A stretch of DNA of 64,000 nucleotides from a virus: the IMG/VR virus record IMGVR_UViG_3300042505_000752, positions 64,967-128,966 of that record. The stretch is one strand, 5' to 3'. Both the position numbers and the translations under genes were made by a program. Within the stretch, counting starts at the first letter, position 1; each line of letters starts with the position of its first letter. Below the pieces are notes generated by a model that was not told the origin of the DNA, searched no databases, and was given only the letters and a program-made list of their open reading frames with translations. Below are positions 39,678 through 49,892 of this stretch, in pieces.

Positions 39678-39819
39678 AGTTTGTCCTTTGCTAGTAGCGG
39701 GTTTTCCCGTGTTTGATAAGTATACACCTTGTGTGTAGAAATTGCAACTTTATTTCAGAAATTATTTGACATTTTTTTAGAATGTAGTGGCAGGGAGATT
39801 TCCCCCTGCCACTCACTCA

Positions 39820-40218
39820 TCAGGCGACCTGAGAGAGTCCTACGACTGCCTCAGTCTCGTTGGCGATTTCCGTAACTCGCACTTGGTCGTACTTAGTGAC
39901 GGTAGTAATCGCCTCAGCGATATCGCTAGGGATAACGCCCAACTCAACGGCGGACTTGAATTTCTTACCGTCCACTTCAAGTTTGGTAACTTGCTTGAGA
40001 ACGATAGGCGAGACAAGTTCAGTCAATGCCTTCAAGTTGTACTTGGGTCGCTCACCATTAACGATGAGAACCTTTTGTCCGTCCACGACATTGAAGTTGA
40101 GTCCCTTTTCAGCGTAGGCAAGTTTCAAGTCTGCCTCTGCTTGGGCTTTTGCCTTTTCAGCATTTTCCAATGCTTGCTTGGCATTCAAGTAGTTGAGAGT
40201 GATTTGTGTGAGATTCAT
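39820..40218 (-). CDS. hypothetical cassette gene
   Basis: Cassette leader; downstream hairpin at 39787-39813. Confidence 0.7.
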   Translation of the reverse strand: MNLTQITLNYLNAKQALENAEKAKAQAEADLKLAYAEKGLNFNVVDGQKVLIVNGERPKYNLKALTELVSPIVLKQVTKLEVDGKKFKSAVELGVIPSDIAEAITTVTKYDQVRVTEIANETEAVVGLSQVA

Positions 40219-40296
40219 AATTTGTCCCTTCAGTAGTGGTGTGTATTCATTATACAGGTTGTGCGTAACAATTGCAACCTTATTTCTAAATTATTT

Positions 40297-40515
40297 TCAG
40301 AATTCGTATTCGCCATCGGATACCCATGCGATTTCGCCATCTTGGAAACCTTGGCGGTAAAGTTTGCCAAGAACGATGGTCAAGCCGTTAGATGTAGTAC
40401 CCAACTTGCCCGTGATGTACTTTTCTGCAAGAGCGTCAGTATCAAAAATTTTGTAATCAGTGGCAATATAATCGCCGTGCATTTCTCCATAAAGTACTGC
40501 TTGAAAGTTATTCAT
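40297..40515 (-). CDS. hypothetical cassette gene
   Basis: Cassette leader. Confidence 0.65.
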   Translation of the reverse strand: MNNFQAVLYGEMHGDYIATDYKIFDTDALAEKYITGKLGTTSNGLTIVLGKLYRQGFQDGEIAWVSDGEYEF

Positions 40516-40598
40516 ATTGTGTCCTCTCGGTAGTAATTGCTTGCGGAGATAAGTATATCAGGTGGGTGTATGGATTACAACCTTATTACTTAGATTTA

Positions 40599-40664
40599 TC
40601 AGATATTTTTCAGAACCATAGATAATGTTCCGAGTAGGTATAGACCAATGAATAAGAGTCCCAT
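40599..40664 (-). CDS. 21-aa hydrophobic micropeptide
   Basis: Hand translation MGLLFIGLYLLGTLSMVLKNI; full cassette promoter and AGAAGGA RBS. Confidence 0.55.
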   Translation of the reverse strand: MGLLFIGLYLLGTLSMVLKNI

Positions 40665-40847
40665 AGTAATCCTTCTGTAGTAGGTGAAATATAAGTATAC
40701 AGGTTGAGTGTAAGAATTACAACCTTATTTATGTTACAGAATGACTACAATAATTGTAACAGAAATGTTATATTAAAATGTTGTATTTGTTACACAGAAG
40801 TGCTATACTTATATTCGTAAGTTACTACTACCGAAAAGGACAAAACT

Positions 40848-41045
40848 ATGGAAGCGAAATGTTGCGCCGATAAGCCGATGTTGGAAGTTTATGGTTACGA
40901 GGGTTGTGCGGATTGTTACGATAAATGGTGCGAGGGTGAACTTATTGCCTATGAAGATTTACGCCGTGCAGAGTTCGCAAACTCTTGGGTGATTGGTGGC
41001 GGTTACGCCTCAGACGCTGATCTCGCTTACGAACAGTTTGCGTGA
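40848..41045 (+). CDS. small acidic Cys-rich cassette gene
   Basis: Canonical cassette at 40781-40847. Confidence 0.7.
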   Translation: MEAKCCADKPMLEVYGYEGCADCYDKWCEGELIAYEDLRRAEFANSWVIGGGYASDADLAYEQFA

Positions 41046-41240
41046 TGGCGAGTCCCACTGCTGAAAGGCGGTGGGACAACCACTTAGTCCCGCTTGGGCA
41101 GTCTCATCCGCCACCGTCATTCATTGGGAGCGCGCGTGCGGGGCTATCTCGGTATCCCCCACCCCTGAAGCCCCGTACCCCCCAAAAATTTCTGGGGGTT
41201 TTCCACAGGCTGGGGATAACCTGTGGATAACTTTGATCCG

Positions 41241-41417
41241 TCAGCAAGCCCCCTCGCAATACTCGCAAGTGGTCTCGTCAACTTCGTGACAGCCGTTCCA
41301 GCCTTCGTCAACTTTGTTGTTGTCGGCGCAATACTGTATGCGACACCAGTCAGAACAGAAAACAATTCTGTCAACGATATCGCCACTCTTATCTTCAATC
41401 AAAAGTAGGTGAGCCAT
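41241..41417 (-). CDS. 58-aa Cys-rich cassette gene, not in ORF track
   Basis: Hand translation MAHLLLIEDKSGDIVDRIVFCSDWC...CEYCEGAC; cassette leader. Confidence 0.7.
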   Translation of the reverse strand: MAHLLLIEDKSGDIVDRIVFCSDWCRIQYCADNNKVDEGWNGCHEVDETTCEYCEGAC

Positions 41418-41546
41418 TATTTTGTCCCTTCGGTAGTAGTGCCTTACCTTATCTATTATAGCAGGCGGGTGTAGAAATTACAACATCGAGATTAGATTTA
41501 TTTAGAACTTTAGGGGCGGACTTTCGCCCGCCCCCGACGCTGATAA

Positions 41547-41825
41547 TCAGCACTCGCAATCTTCGTGGAGTTCTTCGCACCAACCGCAGAAACGGCGAGT
41601 GTCTAGGTCGTCGTCCTCGTCGTCCTGAATGTCAAAGGACACCCAAGTCATAACGGTACGAAGCAGGTGATCGTAATCACCAGCAGTAGCCTGCTGAACG
41701 AACTCAGCGATTACTTCCCGAGACACGCCGTGAGTACGGAGTGCTTGGCTAACTCTAGCGATAATGCTAAACGCATTACCGTCCTGCTCAACGAGCAGAA
41801 TGGAAACTTCAGGATACTTAACCAT
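41547..41825 (-). CDS. conserved small phage protein (DGNAF...GDYDHLL family)
   Basis: Motif plus cassette leader. Confidence 0.7.
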   Translation of the reverse strand: MVKYPEVSILLVEQDGNAFSIIARVSQALRTHGVSREVIAEFVQQATAGDYDHLLRTVMTWVSFDIQDDEDDDLDTRRFCGWCEELHEDCEC

Positions 41826-41902
41826 AATTTGTCCCTTCGTTAGTAGTTTTTCCTTACCTGATAAGTATAACACATGGGTGTAACAACTACACCATTGTAG
41901 AG

Positions 41903-41918
41903 CGTGTCGTTTGTCACA
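41903..41918. promoter_or_regulatory. CRP-like palindromic box between divergent promoters
   Basis: CGTGT-CGTTTG-TCACA; equivalents at 43925, 45999, 46943, 48531, 51320, 52486, 63238. Confidence 0.6.
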
Positions 41919-41998
41919 TAAGATTTATTCGTAAAAGTGTGTAAATGCTACACGCACCTGCTATAATATATATATCACCTACTACGAAAGGACAAAAT

Positions 41999-42331
41999 AT
42001 GATTTGGAAGGCAAAAGTCTCCGATGTTATTGACCATCTCGTTTATTCGGGAGCAGACACTTACGAGTGGTATCACGAACTCACCGTGACGAAGGACGGA
42101 CAAATTGTCTGCACGATGGAAACGGGCGAGTACGACGATGAGTCTGAGCCGTTGACCAAGAGCGTTGCGTTCTCCCCGACTCACGCCCTGACAGTCGCTA
42201 ATGCGATTATCAAGGGACAGGAAGCGGGTTGGCGTACCGTTCAGTCAGCAGTCGCTAGTGACGACTTTGACTCCGATGCCGCAGACATCGTTCTCCAGCA
42301 CATTGTGCTGAGCGACTTGGTGTTCGGCTGA
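41999..42331 (+). CDS. hypothetical cassette gene
   Basis: Cassette leader; GAAA-loop hairpin downstream. Confidence 0.7.
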   Translation: MIWKAKVSDVIDHLVYSGADTYEWYHELTVTKDGQIVCTMETGEYDDESEPLTKSVAFSPTHALTVANAIIKGQEAGWRTVQSAVASDDFDSDAADIVLQHIVLSDLVFG

Positions 42332-42691
42332 GAGCGCAGGGCGGGGGAGGGAAACCTCCCCCAAGACCCTGTGGATAACCTTTATCCACAGCCTGTGGAT
42401 AAACCTGTGGATAACTTTCCCGATAGCCCCGTATATAAAGTGCGGGTGCGGGACTGTCACGATAAATAGTCGTGGAAATTCTTGAATTGAAAAAGCGGTG
42501 CGGGGCTAACAAACTAAATAGCAGGGGTCAAGCCCCTGCCACACTAGTCACTCGGTCCACGAGAACCCGCAGATCCAGCAGAATGTCTGTCATTTTGCCC
42601 GCTTCGGCAATGTTCACTCCCCGCAAATCACGGAGAGTGTCGTCAATGAGATTATAAATCTCCTCGGTTGGCGTGAGTAAATTTAACTCGC

Positions 42692-43084
42692 TCATACGCT
42701 TGCCCCTTCCTTGATCTTGGCTAGTTGTTCGGCACGAATTGCGTTTACTTCCTCGGCTGAGAATACCTTACCGAACACGCTCAACATGGTACGAATGTCG
42801 TCGTCCACGCCCGTAGTGTTGCCTTCCTCGTCGTACCCTGCGATAACAGCAGGTCCGACAAGTCGGTAGCCTTCGCCAGCCAAAGTGGAAGCGAACTCGT
42901 TTAAGGCGAAGTCAGAACGGAATAAACCTTCCTCGTTCAACCATAAGTCAAGACCGTCCACCAATTGAACGCTCTCAATGAGTCCCTGAACGAGACTCTG
43001 GAGAAACTCCAAAGACTTTTGACCTTCGGGCTTCTGAACAATGTACGGCGAACCGTCTAAATCGTTGATGTAAATGACTTGCAT
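42692..43084 (-). CDS. DUF3846-like protein
   Basis: LE.LQ.LV.G.IE.V.....DLWLNEEG......N..AS......LVG.AVI.G.D.EG.T.G. Confidence 0.75.
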   Translation of the reverse strand: MQVIYINDLDGSPYIVQKPEGQKSLEFLQSLVQGLIESVQLVDGLDLWLNEEGLFRSDFALNEFASTLAGEGYRLVGPAVIAGYDEEGNTTGVDDDIRTMLSVFGKVFSAEEVNAIRAEQLAKIKEGASV

Positions 43085-43162
43085 AATTAGTCCCTTTCGT
43101 AGTAGTGTTTATATATTATAGCCTTGTGGGGCAGGAAAGTCAAATCCTGCCCCACAATTATT

Positions 43163-43582
43163 TCATTTAATCCAAGCAGTATTATCTGCGAGGAGTTCGT
43201 GCGCTGACTCAATAGCGTCGCTCAGCGTGTGCTGAACCGAGTCAAACCAATCTTGACCCTCGGCGTATAAATCAAACCAAGAGTTATTTATCCATTCAAT
43301 GCGCCCAATTTCGGCAGACTCATAAATGTCGTTGTCGTTGTTGATCTCCCATTGTTCCCATTGGTCGCAGTAGCGAATAACCGAGTGCCCTTGTGCCCAA
43401 TCAAGAGGAGAGTAAGCAATATGCACTCGCATTTCGCCATCGGCATAAATACGGATAGTGCGCTCGCCATTGCTGACGCTCGCCACTAGGTCATGCGTGA
43501 AGTATGTATACCAAGCCGAGTCCTCACGCCCCATAGGACGCATATCAGGCTGATGCCAAGTGATGGTGATGGTAGTAGTCAT
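43163..43582 (-). CDS. acidic Trp-rich cassette gene
   Basis: Hairpin-type cassette leader. Confidence 0.7.
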   Translation of the reverse strand: MTTTITITWHQPDMRPMGREDSAWYTYFTHDLVASVSNGERTIRIYADGEMRVHIAYSPLDWAQGHSVIRYCDQWEQWEINNDNDIYESAEIGRIEWINNSWFDLYAEGQDWFDSVQHTLSDAIESAHELLADNTAWIK

Positions 43583-43667
43583 AATTAGCCCTTTCGTAGT
43601 AGTTGCTTATAAAGATAATTATACACAAAGGGTGCGTTAGAGTTTCCCCCAACGCACCCCTTGAGTA

Positions 43668-43856
43668 TCAGACTGCGACCTTGCGTGCCTTGCGTCGCGC
43701 GCGGACCTTGCGGATCTCTGCGCGAAGTGATGCGGTGAGTCCAGCCTTGATCCAAATGGCGGTTATCAAAGAAGCGTTGATCATAACCAGTAAGCCTCTG
43801 ATTACTTCCAAGGTGTAATCCGAGAGAGTGAAGTTGATAGTGTATTGAGCAATCAT
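43668..43856 (-). CDS. small single-TM protein
   Basis: Hydrophobic core and basic tail; cassette leader. Confidence 0.65.
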   Translation of the reverse strand: MIAQYTINFTLSDYTLEVIRGLLVMINASLITAIWIKAGLTASLRAEIRKVRARRKARKVAV

Positions 43857-44010
43857 TTTGTGCCTTTCGTAGTAGGTATGAGATAAGTATAGCGACCTTG
43901 TGTAATATTTACAACCTTCTAGTAAGTGTCATTTGTCACACTACTCAATGTTGTAATTTCTACACAGACTCGCTATAATATACTTGTACACAACTACTAA
44001 AGGAGAAATT

Positions 44011-44244
44011 ATGCTCAGCACCAAAATTGGAAATAGTGACTGGTACTTCGTTCTCAACAACGGAGCGACTCGCAAGTTCTCAGTTCAGTTTCTCGGCAGA
44101 CGACGAGGAGACGACAAGCGAGACATCGTGACATTCCGTGAAGGTGCGCCACACTACGAGGCGTACACGACCGAGACGGGCAAAGCAATTCCAAAGTTCG
44201 TCGCAAAAGCAATTTGGGAAGCAATGGAAAAGTCCCCCGCCTGA
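44011..44244 (+). CDS. hypothetical cassette gene
   Basis: Cassette leader, AAGGAG RBS. Confidence 0.7.
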   Translation: MLSTKIGNSDWYFVLNNGATRKFSVQFLGRRRGDDKRDIVTFREGAPHYEAYTTETGKAIPKFVAKAIWEAMEKSPA

Positions 44245-44424
44245 CAAGCGGGGGAAACCCTTTAGCCCCGTTGGATATATGCGTGCGTGGAAAGTTTTGA
44301 CGCTTCTCTTCCGCCACCGTCAATAGTAGGGAACACAGGGGCGGGGCTGGCACCCCTAAATAGGGGTGTTCAGGGGCGTACCTCACGATACGCCCCCTTC
44401 GGGTGGCCAAACTCCCCACTCGCC

Positions 44425-44871
44425 TCACTCCTCGTTGAACAAGTCGTTTAGCATTTGCGTTTCTAAGTTCCGCATAGTAGAACTTTCAACGACATCACTA
44501 ACTATCTTGCCTAGGTCAAAGCCCGCTTCAGCGAGTTCTGCTAGAAGTTCCTCAGACGGTTCTTCCTCAACTTCGGCGTAGTGCTTTTGCTTCTCATCGT
44601 CGCTCATCGCTTGGATACTGCGGTCATAGCCAACCCAATTCCCAATGGTTGAGTACTCATTTAGTTGGTCGTGAGTAAGATTGAACTCACGCATAACACG
44701 CTCGGTCATGACCGATGAAGGTATACCCTCACCTAACTCCACGCTTCGCTTAGCGTTCTCTATGAGAAGGCTCGTACGGTAGTTACAGAGCCGTACGAAG
44801 TGGTCAGGGTAGTAGAACGACACTCCATCAGGGAATTCGCTATCAGGGAAAAAATCGGACTTGGTAATCAT
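44425..44871 (-). CDS. acidic hypothetical protein
   Basis: GAAAGGA RBS. Confidence 0.65.
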   Translation of the reverse strand: MITKSDFFPDSEFPDGVSFYYPDHFVRLCNYRTSLLIENAKRSVELGEGIPSSVMTERVMREFNLTHDQLNEYSTIGNWVGYDRSIQAMSDDEKQKHYAEVEEEPSEELLAELAEAGFDLGKIVSDVVESSTMRNLETQMLNDLFNEE

Positions 44872-44887
44872 TAGTAATCCTTTCGGG

Positions 44888-45115
44888 TCAGAGTGTTGGT
44901 AAGTAATCAAATTCTACGGTTGTCTCCCAAGAGATATCTTTCATTTCCCACCCGTAGTGGTAGCGAAGGTTCTTGGTTGCCATGTCAATGGCGACTTCCT
45001 CTAGTTGGTCATTATCCAAGTTGGTGAATGACGGCTCCTCTAAATCTATCTCAACAAAGTGAGTCAGAGAAAAGAAATCTCCAACAAAGGTGACATTACA
45101 ACTTGCGTGCTTCAT
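44888..45115 (-). CDS. acidic hypothetical protein
   Basis: GAAAGGA RBS. Confidence 0.65.
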   Translation of the reverse strand: MKHASCNVTFVGDFFSLTHFVEIDLEEPSFTNLDNDQLEEVAIDMATKNLRYHYGWEMKDISWETTVEFDYLPTL

Positions 45116-45158
45116 AGTAATCCTTTCGGTTGTAGTTGGTATGGGGTGAAGTTGGGGG

Positions 45159-45674
45159 TCAGACCCCCAACTCCTCGGCTAGTTGCTTCTGAGTCTTACC
45201 TAGGTGCTTCTTAGCGCACACTGGGCCGACTCCGACACGATGACCGTAGCCATCTTTGTCGTCTAGTTCGGCGTTACAGAACAAACAAACGCCCGTACGC
45301 ACGCCGTACTCCATAGCGACGAGTGCGGTGACCTTTTCGGTTGGCGAGAGCAGGGAGATCGCTCCACGCTCGTAAATCCAACCGCTTTCGCCACGACGCA
45401 TTGCGTAGAGATTGCCACCTTCGGATTGCTTCACCTTGTAGATCAAGTGACCGACGAGGTAGAAACCGACTTCGGTAACCTTTTCGGCAGGCTTGGCTTC
45501 CTTGGCAGGCTTAGCCATAACCTTGGCGAACATTGAACGGATAGCCTTTTCTTGCGCTTCGCTCAATGCGCCCTTGTTCTCAAAAGTCTTAGCGATTGAG
45601 ATTGCGAACGCACTCCACTCTTGGGCTTTTGCCCATTCAATGACGGAAGTAATCGGGGTCAATGTGGTAGTCAT
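45159..45674 (-). CDS. DUF6011-like Zn-finger protein
   Basis: C..C...L.D......GVGPVCAKK. Confidence 0.7.
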   Translation of the reverse strand: MTTTLTPITSVIEWAKAQEWSAFAISIAKTFENKGALSEAQEKAIRSMFAKVMAKPAKEAKPAEKVTEVGFYLVGHLIYKVKQSEGGNLYAMRRGESGWIYERGAISLLSPTEKVTALVAMEYGVRTGVCLFCNAELDDKDGYGHRVGVGPVCAKKHLGKTQKQLAEELGV

Positions 45675-45745
45675 AATTTCTCCTTAGTAGTAGTGGTGAT
45701 AAATACAAGTATACACGATGGGTGTATGGATTACAACCATTTGCC

Positions 45746-45913
45746 TCAGATTTCCTCAGGCAAACGGTTGTAGCGTTCCTCGTTAGTCTCGTTCTCGTAC
45801 TCGTCGGACTCACGCTCGTACTTCATGTCAAGGCGCAATTGCTCACGCTCGTACTGCTCCATGTCGTCAATTTCGTTGTAGTCATTCCATAGGTTGTCGT
45901 CGTCGTGCCACAT
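45746..45913 (-). CDS. 55-aa highly acidic cassette gene, not in ORF track
   Basis: Hand translation MWHDDNLWNDYNEIDDMEQYERE...; cassette leader. Confidence 0.7.
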   Translation of the reverse strand: MWHDDDNLWNDYNEIDDMEQYEREQLRLDMKYERESDEYENETNEERYNRLPEEI

Positions 45914-46228
45914 AAGCAATTCCCCTTTGTAGTAGTTGGTATTTAATAAGTATACAGGCTTCGTGTAAGAATTACAACCTTATTCACAAGATTGTTGGTG
46001 TGACATTGGTCACAGGCCAGTCGTCTGGGGGCTTGGGGGTCGTCGGCCGGGTTTGGGGAGTTTGGCCACCCTGTTTCGGAGGCATTTAGTCCCGCTTGGT
46101 TATGGCAAGTTTCCCGTGTTTGTCGCAAGCCCCGCAGGTGAAAACGGCGAAGCGGAGATGCGGGGCTAATGGTGGTTTTTGGCGGGGATTATGCCCCCAC
46201 CTTTCGGCAGGGGCACTTTCACCCATTC

Positions 46229-46405
46229 TCATCTCGCCACTTGGATCATTTCAATTGGTGAGAATTTGATCTTGTCGTTGTCACGCTTAGACTCGTAATA
46301 CTTCATTGCCTGAGTACGAGTGTCAAACCAAAGTTCGGTGACAGTGTTCGTAACGAAATCCCATTCGTGAATTCGTGCCATCATTGGGTAGGTGTAGGTA
46401 GTCAT
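46229..46405 (-). CDS. 58-aa cassette gene, not in ORF track
   Basis: Hand translation MTTYTYPMMARIHEWDF...; hairpin-type leader. Confidence 0.65.
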   Translation of the reverse strand: MTTYTYPMMARIHEWDFVTNTVTELWFDTRTQAMKYYESKRDNDKIKFSPIEMIQVAR

Positions 46406-46490
46406 AATTTGCCCTCTCAGTAGTAGTTGCTTACTTAGTAATTATACATTAGGGGTGTGGCAGGGTTTCCCCCGCCACACCATGCCCCTG

Positions 46491-46859
46491 TCACCACACA
46501 GGAGTAAATCGTCGCTCGTCGGCGTTGTAAGCGTGTTCGTAGTGAGTGCCTTTATTCTCAAGATTACGAACTTCAATTTCTTGAACGAGACGCTTGGCAA
46601 TTGCGCTGAAGTTCAAGCCATCAGTGCCTGCCACCATTCGCTTGCGTCGGTGGGCGATAAGCGAAGCGGTAACCAATTCCGAACGCTTGAGTGCGTTCTC
46701 GTCGGCGTACACTTTCGTTACTGCTTCGGCTACTTGTTGGTAATCCCAACAGGCGTTATACATTCCGCCGAGCAGTGAAATCAAATCAAATCGTGACGGA
46801 AGTGAATAGTAATCGCCTTGTAATTTAGAAGGCTTATTCTTATGCCATTTGGTAAGCAT
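46491..46859 (-). CDS. hypothetical cassette gene
   Basis: Cassette leader. Confidence 0.7.
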   Translation of the reverse strand: MLTKWHKNKPSKLQGDYYSLPSRFDLISLLGGMYNACWDYQQVAEAVTKVYADENALKRSELVTASLIAHRRKRMVAGTDGLNFSAIAKRLVQEIEVRNLENKGTHYEHAYNADERRFTPVW

Positions 46860-47032
46860 ATTTTTTCCTTTCGTAGTAGTGGTTATAAATATAAGTATAC
46901 ACCTTGCGTGTAAGAATTACAACTTCTAGCGTCAAATAATTGTGTGACAAATGACACTAGGCAGAACTGTGTAAATGCTACACCCACCTGCTATACTTGT
47001 ATATGTAAGGAAAACCTACCGAAAGGACTACT

Positions 47033-47215
47033 ATGAATAACGCAGAATTGTTCGTATGGAATGAAATTGAAGAGGGCTTCATTCGTGAGTATGGAATTGA
47101 AGACGGCATACGAGTGTGCGATTACGCACAGCGTGTATATTACAGGCGTGGCAACATGACCCTAGCCGTCAAGGCGGCAACGGAATGGGCTAGCAGAATG
47201 AGAATGGGAGTCTGA
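47033..47215 (+). CDS. small helical protein, paralog family A
   Basis: Similar by eye to 49049..49228 and 52248..52415. Confidence 0.7.
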   Translation: MNNAELFVWNEIEEGFIREYGIEDGIRVCDYAQRVYYRRGNMTLAVKAATEWASRMRMGV

Positions 47216-47216
47216 T

Positions 47217-47417
47217 ATGGCAAGTGTTTCAGTAAGCGGTGTCGCCCTACTAGGTAAGACAACGGCAGTAGGTTCTCATATAGATTTACGAGAACGCCTA
47301 GCCTACCTAGAGGGCGTTCTCAGCGGACTAGAGAACACTGGAGTAGTTCTGCCTACGGGAGACTACGAGACGCTCTATAAGACGCTCAAAGATACCAAAG
47401 AATTTCTTTACGAATAA
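47217..47417 (+). CDS. hypothetical protein
   Basis: Directly follows the upstream stop. Confidence 0.55.
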   Translation: MASVSVSGVALLGKTTAVGSHIDLRERLAYLEGVLSGLENTGVVLPTGDYETLYKTLKDTKEFLYE

Positions 47418-47482
47418 CTTGACATTCCTACACCTAGGGTGTATAATATACCTATAACGAAAACTAACCGAAAGGACTACTA

Positions 47483-47653
47483 ATGGCTACCGTTCCCAAC
47501 TACGAAATTGAACGACTAAATGAGTTTGTCGCAGAAATGGACATCGCAATTAAGGAACACGGTTACGCATATGCGTACGGTGCGACAATGTTCAACTTGA
47601 AGTATTTGCTCAACCAAATTACCCGTGAGCCAGCACCTTGGGAGAACCTATGA
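47483..47653 (+). CDS. 56-aa cassette gene, not in ORF track
   Basis: TTGACA-N17-TATAAT promoter, GAAAGGA RBS. Confidence 0.7.
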   Translation: MATVPNYEIERLNEFVAEMDIAIKEHGYAYAYGATMFNLKYLLNQITREPAPWENL

Positions 47654-47772
47654 AATACAAATGGAATGAACTAGAAAAGTTCGCCTTCGCCACGCAGAAG
47701 TTGCGGGCGAACCGAATTCCTGACAAGAAAAAAGAGTCAAACCGAAAGGCGTGTAGGAAGCGAGACTACTGA
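47650..47772 (+). CDS. 40-aa basic peptide
   Basis: ATGA overlap; hand translation MKYKWNELEK...RANRIPDKKKESNRKACRKRDY. Confidence 0.5.
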   Translation: MKYKWNELEKFAFATQKLRANRIPDKKKESNRKACRKRDY

Positions 47773-48038
47773 GTCTCGCCAACTACTCCGCTAGCCCCGC
47801 CCTCATCTTGAGCGTGCGGGGCTTTTGCTTTCCATAAACCAATTGGACATTCTGCATTGGACAGGGTTGTCTTCAATGGCATGAAGCACCCGCAAATTCC
47901 GCAAGTGCTTAGACGCTTACTGAAGTGGTCACAGCCCCGACAGATGTCTAAGCGTTCTTTTCGTTCCAAGCGGGTCAAGCGGGGGATTGACGGGCGTAGT
48001 AGATCCGTGAATTGCGCAGGGGACTGTTCTTCGTTCAT
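47766..48038 (-). CDS. Cys-rich protein (DUF6171-like)
   Basis: RL.IC..C......C..CGCF...KT......CP.G.W. Confidence 0.7.
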   Translation of the reverse strand: MNEEQSPAQFTDLLRPSIPRLTRLERKERLDICRGCDHFSKRLSTCGICGCFMPLKTTLSNAECPIGLWKAKAPHAQDEGGASGVVGETQ

Positions 48039-48108
48039 ACGCTAATTGTATCCACGGAAGTATACCTAAGGGGTATGACATAGTTACCCATGCCATACCC
48101 CCCGATTA

Positions 48109-48462
48109 TCACAATTGGATAAACCTACCCAATTTGAATATCTCTTGAAGCAATGCGCCCCATGAGCAGTAGTAGTGCATGACTACCAATTTCTTGCTCG
48201 CTGGGTAATACTTGCCCGTACCCCAAGTGTCTGTCTTAGTGGGGTTCTCGCCCTTATTAACGGCGTACGGTTGATTCAGCGCCACTCCGCAACAGGAGCA
48301 GGGCAGTGAACCGAATTCGCCATCAAGGGCTAAGTGAATCATCTGCATATTTCGCTTACGCTTCATGCCTTGGCGGAGTGCTTCAAGCGTGTCCGCTTGA
48401 GCGTATGCCTTAGCACCGTGTTCCCACGGTTTACGGTAAGCGGGTTTAGTAATGGTAGTCAT
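48109..48462 (-). CDS. hypothetical Zn-binding cassette gene
   Basis: CSCCG...HYYC; cassette leader. Confidence 0.7.
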   Translation of the reverse strand: MTTITKPAYRKPWEHGAKAYAQADTLEALRQGMKRKRNMQMIHLALDGEFGSLPCSCCGVALNQPYAVNKGENPTKTDTWGTGKYYPASKKLVVMHYYCSWGALLQEIFKLGRFIQL

Positions 48463-48861
48463 TAGTAGTCCTCTCAGTAGTTGTAAATATAAGTATACAG
48501 GAGAAGTGTAACAATTACAACATTGCATAGTATGACAATTGTCACTATCGGTATTGCGCCTAATTACTTATGAGTATATTATACACGATAGGTGAATGAA
48601 TGTCAAGTATTTACACAAAATAATTTATTATATTTAGTTTTATAAATAATATCTATAATATATAAATGTCTTCCGCCACCGTCAATAATAGAAGCGCTTA
48701 GCCCCGTTCATTTTTTGGCAAATTTATATCATTTCTGCCAATTTCATATCAGTTCGGGTGCGGGGCTGTCAGCCTTCTGAAATACTTTGTAATACAAGGT
48801 GATACAGAGAATTACTGCGTGCGGGGCTAATAGGTTTCTTGCCCGCCAATCAAGTTGCTCC

Positions 48862-48966
48862 TCACTCCATCAGATCCTTCAAGTCATCCCAAAACAGCGC
48901 GACAATAATTCCCGCCACAAAACCAAGCGCGCCAAGTCCAATCAAAAAATCGTTTAGCAATTCCAT
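48862..48966 (-). CDS. 34-aa single-TM micropeptide
   Basis: MELLNDFLIGLGALGFVAGIIVALFWDDLKDLME; hairpin-type leader. Confidence 0.65.
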   Translation of the reverse strand: MELLNDFLIGLGALGFVAGIIVALFWDDLKDLME

Positions 48967-49048
48967 AATTTCTCCTTTGTAGTAGTTGGTTACATAGACA
49001 ATTATACAGGAGGGGTGTGGCAGAGTTTCCCCTGCCACCCCCAAGCGA

Positions 49049-49228
49049 TCAGTAGACCGCTCGCTCTCGGCGTTCCCACTCAATCGCATTGGCGACTGCC
49101 TTGGCAATCCCCTTGGCGGTTTGGCTATGAGTACGACTGGCTCGTTCACCAATTCGCAACCCTCGCTCTAACCCGTACTGGCGGATTAGGTTTTCGTGGA
49201 TCTCATCCCATAAGAATTTGTTATTCAT
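49049..49228 (-). CDS. small helical protein, paralog family A
   Basis: LWDEIHENLIRQYGLERGLRI; cassette leader. Confidence 0.7.
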   Translation of the reverse strand: MNNKFLWDEIHENLIRQYGLERGLRIGERASRTHSQTAKGIAKAVANAIEWERRERAVY

Positions 49229-49337
49229 TATTTTCTCCTTAGTAGTGGTGACTTCCTGACAAATATAAGTATACACCCTAGGTGTAACGAATACTCACTT
49301 TAGTAAGTGGTATCCGTCACACCCTGACGCTCGGCTA

Positions 49338-49502
49338 TCAGCCAATGTTCTTCAACTCGTGCCAGTTGATCCCAGCCACATTGATCCCACGGAGGCGTAA
49401 CTCTGCCTCTGCGATCTTGGCTTGAACCGTATTGTAGTGACAAGGATTTACCATCCAGTGTTGAATTTTCTTGACTAGTTGCTGGTTTGTTTTGTTCTTC
49501 AT
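49338..49502 (-). CDS. 54-aa cassette gene, not in ORF track
   Basis: Hand translation MKNKTNQQLVKKIQHW...; hairpin-type leader. Confidence 0.65.
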   Translation of the reverse strand: MKNKTNQQLVKKIQHWMVNPCHYNTVQAKIAEAELRLRGINVAGINWHELKNIG

Positions 49503-49592
49503 AATTTGCCCTCTCTAGTAGTTTTGCCTTACCTAGTAATTATACACAAGGGGTGTGGCAGAGTTCCCTCCGCCACACCCTGACGCTTGGGA

Positions 49593-49808
49593 TCAGATCT
49601 CAGCCTCCCACATACGGCAGATCTCCTTGGTGATATGGAGACCCTGAACAAGTGCCAAGCCAATGGCTCGCTTTAGTTCGTTGGGCGTTGCCAAGGGGAG
49701 GTAGTTGTCAATGTCCTCCCAAGCCTTGAGACCAGCAAGGATTTCCTCGTAGGTCTTGCTGGCATAAGCCTTGTCATTACTAGTTGGGAACTTGGTTTCG
49801 GTATTCAT
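49593..49808 (-). CDS. hypothetical cassette gene
   Basis: Hairpin-type leader. Confidence 0.7.
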   Translation of the reverse strand: MNTETKFPTSNDKAYASKTYEEILAGLKAWEDIDNYLPLATPNELKRAIGLALVQGLHITKEICRMWEAEI

Positions 49809-49892
49809 AATTTGTCCTCTCGGTAGTAGTTGCTTCCTTACTTAGTAATTATACACAAGGGGTGTGGCAGAGTTTCCTCTGCCACACCTCAC

